Of a stretch of DNA of 34,141 nucleotides, positions 1 to 9,416 are shown in pieces. The position numbers were made by a program, and so were the translations under genes. The stretch's first letter is position 1, and every line of letters begins with the position of its first letter. Under the pieces are notes generated by a model. The model was given only the letters and a program-made list of their open reading frames with translations, was not told the origin of the DNA and searched no databases. Location of the stretch: NCBI GenBank assembly GCA_013115125.1, contig JABANN010000378.1, positions 1-34,141 of the forward strand. The letters run 5' to 3'. Origin of the DNA: Perkinsus olseni. Its lineage: Eukaryota.

Positions 1-198
1 GAGATACCACACGCGCAAGTATCCGCACGAAGTTTTCCTTACGACGTTTCCCACTTTTGCAACTGACTGGCGAATTCCGATAAGTCGGTCATTGTCGAGT
101 CGGAGCTCTTCCATCCCTGAGTGCCGTCGCTCACCAACTCTTCTGACTCTGAGCGGCACCCGTACTCACTCATTTCGGTACGTTGCTGAATCCGTACT

Positions 199-270
199 TA
201 CCCGTACCGGGGATTGAACCTGCGCCCTACGGGTGATAGCCGAAGATTCTAACCATTACGCTACGGTGGA
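199..270 (-). pseudogene. Degenerate tRNA-Glu/Asp-like sequence (anticodon position reads ATC)
   Basis: Reverse complement is 72 nt: TCCACCGTAGCGTAATGGTTAGAATCTTCGGCTATCACCCGTAGGGCGCAGGTTCAATCCCCGGTACGGGTA. It has A-box-like TAGCGTAATGG, B-box GGTTCAATCCC and anticodon arm TTCGG-CTATCAC-CCGTA, resembling tRNA-Glu. Acceptor, D and T stems contain several mismatches. Confidence 0.7.
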
Positions 271-682
271 AAGGTTGGCGGCCACGGACCTCCATGCGCT
301 GCGACTTCGTAACATGGCATTTTCTCTATCAAGCTGCATGAAATTTCGTCTTCCCTCTCGTGCATGCTGCGCATTTCGCTTTCATCACTCATGGTCTTTC
401 ATACAGCACTACTAGGCTCAATTCCTAGTAACGGCATCTCTTCCCTTCCCGCAGATTAGTGGAACAATATCGGGGTCTCCATAACAAACTGATACGTGTC
501 CCGTCGAAAAATCTCGGTGGATATCGTGTTGAGGTCCGGGTCCGAGTACACTCTTGCCATCGCCAGCGACTAGGCAGGTGGGTTGAGCGGCTTACGAGCA
601 GGCGAGCCTTTTCAGTGGATTCGTACCCCGACATTAATGTTCATTCTTTCCCCATCAGTGACTATCTTAATGCAATCCACGA

Positions 683-1920
683 TTGCCTGGGATGGTTGAA
701 GGGAGTACACTGATAGTGGGCGCTGCGAACAATAATACCGCGAAGGAGCAGAAATGTATTGCCGCCTATATAATCCAACTCTTCGGTCGTACTAGCAGAA
801 ATACTCGCGCTTACGGGAACTCGGCCATTAAGTGTTTTGAAGAATTGCGAAACCAGGAACGGGAACGCCTCGCAAATAATCAAGGGGACCCTGTGAATCG
901 GAACCCTACTAGTGGTGGGCAACAGAATGTTAGAGCTGCCGGCAGTAATAGTGTTGGTGCTGGCGGTAATGAGCCTCGTAATGTTGTGATTGACATCGGG
1001 CGCGTTCCAAGAGAATTGCGGAATGAGGATATTGAAGTTGGCGATGGGATTTCGTATTCATTGCTACAGGATATTATTAACGAGGTTAAGTGGCGTCGGC
1101 CAGCTGGTCGCTCAAAAGATAAATCTGGTACTTTCACATGCAGTATTAAAAAGGCGGGTAAAGGGTCGAAACCAGGGCCAACGTTCCGTAGTAAATGGAA
1201 TGCAATCCGGCACATCGTGAGTACCTACGGGGATAGTTGGAAAGAGTCAGTTGTCCTAGCTGGGGGTGCCAATTGTGAATTCCGGGACGTGGAGTGGGGA
1301 CTCCCAGATGGTATCGTCACCCCTAAGTACAGACAGTCTCGCAATGCCACTGACATAGCCGCCATTCGCCTGGGGCATTATTACATTCGTACTGATCCTA
1401 TCACCTTTTTTTATTTAGGTGATAAATTCGCCCGAAAAGTAGCCCGGGGAGATGGAAACTGTTTATTTTCTTCTGTCGCAATTCATCTGTATGATGAGAA
1501 GGTCTTCAACGTTCTTCGCAGGCACAGCATCAGCGCCGATAGTGCACCCCAATACCTGAGAGACCGATGTTGTGATGAACTGAGCCACGGTGTAACGGAG
1601 GACCACAGTGGTCCGACCACTGGCAGTTATTTCTAGAGAGTGATGGCCCATGGTTGGAGCAACATGGCTTTGGTGACCCACAAAGTTTAACGCTACAACA
1701 ATATGTGGGAATAATGAGGAAGGATAGTACTTGGGGAGGCGGATTGGAGATTTGGGCGTTGAGTATTATACTTAAGCGCCAAATAGTAGTCTTGGTTGAG
1801 AAAGACCCTATCATGCACGTCTTAGCTCACCGGGTAGACACGGGGAACTTTGAAACTTCCATCCCCCTGACGCTTTTCTACAACGGCAATGACCATTATA
1901 ACGCTCTCATTCCTCGTTGA
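683..1920 (+). CDS. OTU-family cysteine protease/deubiquitinase, split across two frames (47-nt intron or frameshift at ~1590-1638)
   Basis: ORF 683-1636 ends with the OTU Cys box ARGDGNCLFSSVA and LRDRCCDEL. ORF 1654-1920 supplies YVGIMRKDSTWGGGLEIWALS and the His box FYNGNDHYNAL. Removing GT...AG 1590-1636 (or 1592-1638) joins the frames. True start codon uncertain. Confidence 0.8.
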
Positions 1921-1956
1921 TAATACATTTTACGCCCATCAGTATCCAGTATAGAC

Positions 1957-2257
1957 ATGCGCTAACCGTCAGGATGTCTGCTATTATTGGCATGCGCTAA
2001 CCCTCAGGATGTCTACTGATATTCAAATGCGCTAACCCTCAGGATGTTTGATAACATTCGAATGCGCTAACCCTCAGGATATCTACTGATATTCAAATGC
2101 GCTAACCCTCAGGATGTTTGATAATATTCGAATGCGCTAACCCTCAGGATGTTTGATAATATTCGAATGCGCTAACCCTCAGGATGTTTAATAATATTCA
2201 GATGCGCTAACCCTCAGGATGTATAATAATATTCAGATGCGCTGAACCACAGTATCC
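1957..2257 (+). repeat. 35-bp minisatellite, 8 full copies plus 1 degenerate copy
   Basis: ATGCGCTAACCCTCAGGATG(T) starts at 1957, 1992, 2027, 2062, 2097, 2132, 2167 and 2202, with a degenerate copy at 2237. The remainder of each unit varies (ctactgatattcaa / ttgataatattcga / ataataatattcag). Confidence 0.97.
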
Positions 2258-2349
2258 TGTTGCGTTTCGAGTGATATGATAAATTAACCTGCCGTTGTAC
2301 TTTGTTGCTTGGACGTACGCACGTTGTAGTTATTCACCCCTTCCGAATA

Positions 2350-3073
2350 ATGTCCCATGCCTCCAAGGAATCCGACGCATCCGTCGAAAATGAAGGCTGT
2401 ATATCTGTGAAAGTCGACAGCATAAAGGCCATAGGAGACGCTGTCGACCGCGCAATGATTACTCTAAGATCCACATTGGAGGCGCTCCAAAGTCTGAAGG
2501 AAGTACTGCCGAGCGCTAGCGCCGAAAGGAGCCCGGAAAAAGGTGATAAATCGGAAGTGAAATGTTATGTGTGTAAAAAACCAGGGCTGCGGTACAACAT
2601 CAGCAGACATTTCCGTGATATGAACCGAAGCTACTACGATAAAGGATTAACAGGTTGGGTGCTGGGCGATGGTAGAATTCACTACACAAGATCCAAGAAT
2701 CAGCGGCAATCCCCGACAGGTGAGACAAAGAGAATCAATAACGAAGCATCGTGCTGCACTTTCAGATACGGCGAGTATTCCTTCAACCAACCCGGCGCGG
2801 ATTGCCGGTAATAACACCCTTACCATGGCAGATAAGGCCGAAGAGCCCGAGTCTGAGAAAGTGGCCCCTTCCACTGAGAGTGTGGGCCCCTCCGCGGAAA
2901 GTGTGACCCCTTCCACTGAGGGTGTAAGCCCACCGGCTGCCGGTGTCGAGCGTGCAACTGGAAGCCGTGATCTTATGTCACGAGGAGAGGATGAACGTGC
3001 TACAGAGCCCCAGCAGAGCAGAAGGCAGGACACCATATCCAAAGCTGAAGTCCCTAACAAGCGACTAAAGTAA
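2350..3073 (+). CDS. Hypothetical protein with degenerate C2H2-like finger; two overlapping frames (2350-2811 and 2669-3073)
   Basis: ATG at 2350, a coiled-coil-like stretch, then CYVCKKPGLRYNISRHFRDMN. The second frame has 7-aa PSTESV-like repeats and ends in basic PNKRLK. How the two frames join is not resolved. Confidence 0.4.
2861..2929 (+). repeat. 21-bp tandem repeat, about 3.3 copies
   Basis: gtggccccttccactgagagt / gtgggcccctccgcggaaagt / gtgaccccttccactgagggt / gtaagc; encodes VAPSTES-VGPSAES-VTPSTEG. Confidence 0.85.
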
Positions 3074-3196
3074 GACAATAACAGAGAATGAAATGTATTA
3101 GATTACTCATTTTTCGCAGGAATATCCAAGAATTAAGCTCCTCTGAAGATGGAGCTATAGTACCAGTGGAAAAGAAGAAGAGACAAACGTAGTATT

Positions 3197-3620
3197 ATGT
3201 GCTTGCAGGACCCCACTGCATCACTCACGGCACGATCTGGTTTGTCGAGGGAGGTGGAGACATTGCAGCGGGCAGAGTATGAGCGGCCTGAGGTGGCCTA
3301 CAACTCCGCTTGTCGCCGACATCAAGTCTTGGCTAGAGTAAACACCCTAACTACCCTCCCTTCCCTCCCTTTCTGCACGAACACCAATTTTCTGGGAGCG
3401 ACTATTCGCGAGTTTTAATTTATGGCCACTGGGGGGAGCTGGTGAGCCAGATGGCTTCAGTGGGAAGTTCGATATTGAAGCTTGACGCGTCCAAAAAAGC
3501 TTCCAAACAAGTACTGGAAGCTGGGTCGTCGGCCTGGCTCGTCAGTGTTTATAACGAAATCGGTGAAGTGCCACTTCAGAAGTGGTGAAGGCGGTTCTCT
3601 GCATTGCTTGGCACTGATCA
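3197..3620 (+). mobile_element. Decayed remnant of a putative DUF6729-type/MULE-like transposase
   Basis: Fragments SLTARSGLS...ETLQRAEYERPEVAYNSAC and, in another frame, SVGSSILKLDASKKASKQVLEAGSSAWLVSVYNEIGEV. From memory these resemble the LTxRSG and ILKxDxxKKxxK...W...VxNExGxV motifs of DUF6729-associated putative transposases. Frameshifts and stops are present. Confidence 0.45.
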
Positions 3621-3858
3621 CTGAGCAGGTACGGTAATAGTAAAATTCGGAGCGACGTGAACCTCTGCGACGCAGAGTCTGCGTCCACGATGCCCAGCAA
3701 GGCGCCCACAAAGCAAGTCGCGATTTAATTCCTAACACGCGGAACAGTAGTACTCAGTTCCAGTTTAATCAGAGCCACCAGAAGAACAAGAGAAAGTGGC
3801 CCAGTAAAGTCGTTCGGGCGGTTCCACGAATAACGCTGTAGGCAGTATTCGTAATCTG

Positions 3859-3995
3859 CACTACTATCCAGTACCGCAATGCGCTACAGTACCATCCAGT
3901 ATCAGTTCTTTATACAGTACCATCCAGTACTGCTATACTGCTATTCCGTGCAGTACCATCCAGTATTCGTAAAGGATGCAGTATAAGGATGCAGT
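3859..3995 (+). repeat. Short dispersed repeat CAGTACCATCCAGTA x4, followed by AAGGATGCAGT x2
   Basis: Copies at 3859 (degenerate), 3887, 3915 and 3951; spacing 28, 28 and 36 nt. Confidence 0.8.
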
Positions 3996-4570
3996 GTCAA
4001 TGACACTGTATCATGTAATACTAGCGAAGCTCACAGTCACATCCATTATTCGTACTGCAAGCTCATCGTATTGTTGATTTTGTAGTTGCCTAAGATTCAT
4101 CTGTCGGTCGGGTTAATAGTTCGGTCCATGGACTCCTATTTTTGTACTTCATTTTTATCATGAGTACCGACCTATCAACCGGGAAATCGTCTCATTGCGA
4201 GAACCGTGACGTGGATGGGGGAGACAAGGATGATGAGGTTGCGGTCGTTCGATCCACAGCTGTGTACCTAATACGCAATTTGTATTAGGCTACTGGCAGC
4301 AGTAGCGGGAGCCAAACAACATCACCGTTAGAGTTCTCAAGCCTGGAACTGATAGATATCCCCCCTCTCAATTTAGCCAGAGCAATTGCCGAGGAGCAGC
4401 GAAATAGTCCCATCATCGCAACCGTCGAAGAAACCTTACCAAGACAACCGGGGAGAGCCACTACATTCTGACCCGTTGGAGTATGCATCATCACTGATGA
4501 TTCATCAGTCTCCGTCTGGTACGTATCGCCGATACGATAGCGTTATACGCTACAGTCGTTACAGAGGAGG

Positions 4571-4599
4571 GGTTGGCATCGTATGATACGATGCCAACC
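4571..4599. repeat. Perfect 14+1+14 palindrome
   Basis: GGTTGGCATCGTAT-G-ATACGATGCCAACC. Confidence 0.95.
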
Positions 4600-4984
4600 T
4601 GATGATACGATTCGTATCGTTCCTCCCAGCCCTGAAGTCAAGCCCGAGTGGCTCAATGACGTGAGTGTCAAGGCTAGCGCAGGTAAGTCTTGGGCAATCT
4701 TGCGCTCGCCCTCTCCGCCCTCTGACTCGCAGGTAACAGCTGTTACTAACGGCTGACATCAAGGAGTACAAAGTACAGTGGAGAAAACTGGGGTCGAGCT
4801 AGCCGCTGCCGGAAAAGATGGCGACTCCTAAGTCCCCAAAAACGACGCGTTATCCGCAGTGACCAACGGCGCGGGTAGTAAAGGACAAACAATCAAGTAA
4901 GGAGAGAGTTGTTGGGATTACTACCTAAGGGCTTTCATACCGGTTTCATACTCTTATAATATAAGACTTATATGTTTGTTCGCG

Positions 4985-5027
4985 GGCTCAGAATCTGAAC
5001 TCAGAATCTGAGTTCAGATTCTGAGCC
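4985..5027. repeat. Perfect 43-nt palindrome (21+1+21)
   Basis: GGCTCAGAATCTGAACTCAGA-A-TCTGAGTTCAGATTCTGAGCC, internally built from TCAGAATCTGA units. Confidence 0.95.
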
Positions 5028-6283
5028 TCAGATGTCAACGAAAAGAAGTGCCACTCAAGCCTAGTACGGTCTGCTTGCCTGCGCTGTCCTTGTGGTGAGC
5101 AAAATTGAACTACCAGACGAGGATGTTGTCTTATTCAATGTATCGGAATATCTTAACAATACTCTGAAGGCATAAAGCCACCCGGCTTCGGAGGCTCAGC
5201 GACGGGACCAATCCTTGAGAGAATATGAGAGACAAGTACAGCAAACCTGGAAACCGAATGCATCTATCAGATGCCATCTGATTCCTTGCTAAAGAATCCT
5301 TGGTGCACACTTTTGGTTTATTTTCACATTTGTGGTCTTCGGGATTCTCTTTCAGACATTATGTTCGGTGATCCATGGGTTGCCGTGGGTGTGGGCAGAG
5401 CCCGAGACTTCTGAAATACCATCGGTTGCCAGGCGACGAAGATGTTGCCGGCGACAACAGTCGACCCCGACAGTCGGAGTCCGACTCCATAGACAGCGAG
5501 AGGGCGGTAGCTCCCGACGAAAATACTGAGCAACGAGGGGAGCAGGTGGAACCCGGCCACAGTACTCAGCCAGAGAGAGTTGGCCCCCAACGACAATTCT
5601 GATCAGGGGCTACCGACGGAAATTCTAACCGAAAGGTAGCTCCCGATGGAAATTCTAGGCAACAAGTGGATCAAGAGAAAATTTATGTTACTTATGGTGA
5701 TATCATTCATCGGATTCGTAGTTGCTGTATTTATACTGGGCATCCTTAGGAGATGAAGTAGAGAATTTCCGATTAGAGTGCGGCATCGATGAATCCCATT
5801 TAATGGCCATCCATTGCATGGGAACATGAGGGTGGTACTGTAAGAGTTGGTAGCAAAATATCGTGGACGAATGGCAATCTCTTTCTTGTCCATGGGTATG
5901 AGTAGTTAGAGTACCACTGAACTGTCGTGCCAATATGCAACGTGACGCCGATGGTGTACGAAGAGGTGGAGTCCCAGGTCCCCCATAATTTATGGGCCCT
6001 AAATTCCCGCTACAGTCGCTGTCAGCCGCAAGGTCTGCACCGGTCTGGAACTGAAAAGCCCTACTCAGCTTTCCGTCGACTCTGGTGAGGTTTCTGCTCT
6101 ATAGCCGTCACCTTGAGGGCCCCTCAATGAGGGGGCGGGATGTTGAGGAGTCATATATTGACTGTAGAGGAGTAGTAAGGGTGCAGTGCACCCGGTGCAC
6201 GATGCCGTAGGGCCTACAGTCTTCAGTGTAGACTGGCCGTTAGCAATTGTCATCATAGGTTTATGTACGCAGTGCGTACTACG

Positions 6284-6330
6284 CACTCATTATCCGAGGT
6301 TCTAGACTTTAGAACCTCTGATAATAAGTG
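6284..6330. repeat. 21-bp inverted repeat (2 mismatches, 5-nt loop)
   Basis: CACTCATTATCCGAGGTTCTA-GACTT-TAGAACCTCTGATAATAAGTG. Confidence 0.9.
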
Positions 6331-6367
6331 GCTACAGGACTCCTCTGAGGAGAGGTCGTTTTCTGAG

Positions 6368-6386
6368 GTAGCCATCTGGCCTCAAG
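6368..6386 (+). other. Spliced-leader relic
   Basis: GTAGCCATCTGGCCTCAAG versus the Perkinsus SL ACCGTAGCCATCT(T)GGCTCAAG: a one-base insertion relative to the 21-nt form. No GT donor follows. Confidence 0.6.
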
Positions 6387-7517
6387 TTGCGATCTTGAGT
6401 TGTGCTGCAGCCTGAAACGGAAGGCGACACCTACAAGGTAACATGAATGATTCGCTGGCATTGAGTTGACAGCTATAAATGACCATCAAAGAAGCGCTCT
6501 AGGACCATATTATATGGTCCATATCTCCATCGCTCACATTATGGTAGTATCATAATCGATGAGCACGGAGTGGTGACCACGAGAGTAACAAGCAACATCG
6601 GTCTCACCGGACTCATGGCGAAAAACCGAAAAGTTCCACGGTGGAACTTCCATCATCAGGGTCAAAACCATGAACTAACTCGGTATGAGACTGATCTGTT
6701 AGTCTGACGAAAGGAGGCGTCGATCTGCGTTCCAAGGTACTGATGAGGTCAGATGAATACCTGATGATCGCGGCGCGATCCCTCTTAGCGGGGACTCGCC
6801 GCCTCCGAGGCGGCCTCCCCGGTAAGTGTCGGCCGCCGACAATGTAGAGTTGCTCAAGCGATTCATAATACAGTCCCATACCGACGATACCCAACACGTA
6901 CACGTGGAGCATAGAATTTCTGTCAGTTCCTGTGACAGAAACTGTGCTAGAGGAGCACATGGAGGGATCTTCCTGGGGGGGCATCTGGCATTGACATCAG
7001 TTGAGTACCGGGCGTAACATCCTTCCCGCTGAGATTTCTCGGAAGAATGTCGTCAACAAGTTCGTAAGTTACAGGAGATCATCCGGAGTACAGGACTTTC
7101 TTCGAGTCAATATCCCTCGGAGGGAGGATTATTCGGGGAATATATCGTAGGAGAGATTCCCTCCTACCGTCGCATGACAACGTTCGAACTAAAGAGTATC
7201 GAGTAGCCTCAGCGAATCCTGTTGCATGCAGAAGCACAACCCGGCGTCGCTAGCTGCAGAGAGCGTAGGACGTACGCCGTAAGGTCAAAGTTGGACCGTC
7301 AAATAGCACGCTCACATTTCGCCCTTGAAAAATGTGAACTAGTCCTGACACGCCGCGTTATCTCGATTGAGTAGCGTCAGAGGGTGGATGCTTGCTGCAG
7401 TCGGTAGCATCAATCATCTACTCTCCCACCGGCCTCCCAGCTTAGTGAATTCCATCAACTAGATTGACTCCAGCGCAACTATCCGTACCGAAAAGTCGCG
7501 CTGTACAGTCAATGCTC

Positions 7518-7532
7518 CCATCTTGGCTCAAG
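7518..7532 (+). other. Spliced-leader relic
   Basis: CCATCTTGGCTCAAG is the exact 3' 15 nt of the 22-nt Perkinsus SL. An ATG follows about 22 nt later, at 7555. Confidence 0.65.
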
Positions 7533-8499
7533 TACAGTTTGAATCGTCATCATCATGAGCGACCAGGTGGGTCGCTCCCGGTGACTCCTCTGAGTCTAGC
7601 TCACACCAATTACCATCAGTCTGTGCCGAAAAACAGTACGCAAGCTGAGAATGGCCCGACTGATACCGTGATGCACTTGGAGAGCTTTAGCTAGTTGTCA
7701 AACTGCTGGAAGAGTAGTTGATTCCGATGTAGCACGGCAACACTGTGTAGTAAAAATCTGAGCCCCGCAGAGCCGGCAGTGCAGGCTGGGTGATGTAACG
7801 CCGCTTTTCTGCGATGAACATCCATGACAACTGGTCCGAGTGGGGAGCCCTCAACAGTTAGTTGTATGATTATAGTCTACTCCGACCATCGTCACCACTC
7901 TGAATCCCAACGGAGGGCGACATAAACACTGACTCATTGCAACACACACTACCACAGGACTCCCGTCCTCATGCCTCCTGGAATGGTATGGCAAGTGCTG
8001 ATTTGAAGTTTCGCGGTACGCTAGCTGGTGCTCTTCATCACAGAATGCCATTGATAGTTGACCAGATTAATGCAAACTTCTGCTTATTGAGTAACTTTAA
8101 ATTCTCGATTCTTGAGTAACTACTGAACTCAAGTCGACTTAATCTAGATATGGTCACAATTGTGTAGGCAGCAATAGCAACATAGCTCAAAGAAAAGAAA
8201 CTCAACAATCATCATATGGATGCAGATAGTACCACGCTCTGCAGGCCGACCCCGTAGTTATTGTCAGTAAGTATAACAGCATCAGCAACCACCGCACGCA
8301 AGTCATCGACGACAAAAACAGCAAGAATCATGAAGTAGCGCCGCAGGACTCAACCCGATAGCAGTATGAGCAAACTGGCACCTTCAGCGTCGCCTCTGCT
8401 ACCTTGTACTAGTACCATAAGCATTATCTATCATTACTACGACTACGCTACTAGGAACATTGAGACCTGCTTCTACGACCTATTATCATTATGATCAAC

Positions 8500-9416
8500 C
8501 AACAAAAGCTAAGAAAAGGGGCAGGAGGTGACTGCCATTAACAAATTCAAGATGCTCGCTACATGTGCCGCGAACGCTCCCGTCACGTCAACATCATCGG
8601 CATCAGACGCTGTGGTGGAACGACTCCGCCAGATCGCCATCGAGATATAGTTCTTGTTGTTGCTGTTATGGGACCAACGAACATAAGCATTCTCAAGAGG
8701 ACATGGCTCACATCTAGTGTTTCTTCATATTGATACACCCACCATCTGGAGAACCAACCTCCTCACGACCTGTGTAGGAAAGGTGTAGGCACCAGTCAAA
8801 GTGTGAGAGAAAAAACTCCCATCATCAAATGACTGAGCAGAGCGCCGGCTTCTCGGTTGCAGAGAGGACAACTCTATAATAACAGAAAAACCAGTGTGGC
8901 ACGCACGCATGTGCTAGATTGTGAACGAATACCCTGTAGTAATGCCATGACCATCAAGACCAAACGCAATCATGGTGTTGAACTATCCGGCCCAACGGAT
9001 TTCGACGAATAATAAATACAGTATCCTTAACTGTGGCTCAGGGTTGCGATACAGCAGGAGATAGAGACGAGCAGAGCAAACAACCACATGACTGATCCAC
9101 GCTGGATCGGTCAAGCATAAACCACCATTTGTCAACCATTTCCACATTAGAACGACGACGGGCCACAACCAGCACCTTACCGACCACTTCGAAGGAGTAA
9201 CCATGGTGTCGTTGAAGAAGTAGCGGTATAGCGGGTGAGCGGTTAACTACATTTGGTATATAGTCTCGAACGATGAGAATCCAAGACGAGGCGACTGAAT
9301 GCAGTCACCAGCGGGTCACTTCAAAGGCATGTGCCACACAGAACCACCATGAACAGTTCCATTGAGCGACCAGGTCCATCACAGGAAGCCACTGGGAGAC
9401 CCGCGTGATCTGCAGC
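8500..9416 (-). CDS. Putative exons of an unidentified multi-exon gene; boundaries uncertain
   Basis: AG/GT-bounded in-phase segments LQITRVSQWLPVMDLVAQWNCSWWFCVAHAFE, LTAHPLYRYFFNDTMVTPSKWS and FNTMIAFGLDGHGITT. Could be a continuation of the gene at 10166-11197. Confidence 0.3.

Noticed and set aside
1957-2257. CRISPR array
   Set aside because: The variable parts are only 14 nt and related to each other, there are no cas genes, and the context is eukaryotic. It is a minisatellite.
4160-4470. Retrotransposon pre-integrase fragment (IAEEQRNSPIIATV)
   Set aside because: Resemblance is too short; no HHCC, DDE or RT motifs nearby.
5324-7017. ORFs 5375-5602, 5603-5893, 6613-6984 and similar
   Set aside because: No recognisable motifs; they lie in palindrome-rich decayed DNA and are probably spurious.
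6368-7532. SL RNA genes
   Set aside because: Neither match is full length or followed by the GT donor of an SL intron.
4982-7768. Terminal inverted repeats GCGGGCTCAGA (4982) / TCTGAGCCCCGC (7757)
   Set aside because: Short, imperfect and without an evident target-site duplication.
8580-8720. Similarity of SHVLLRMLMFVGP to plant glycine-rich membrane proteins, or of CEPCP to Cys-repeat proteins
   Set aside because: The two readings are in competing frames and each is too short to support a call.
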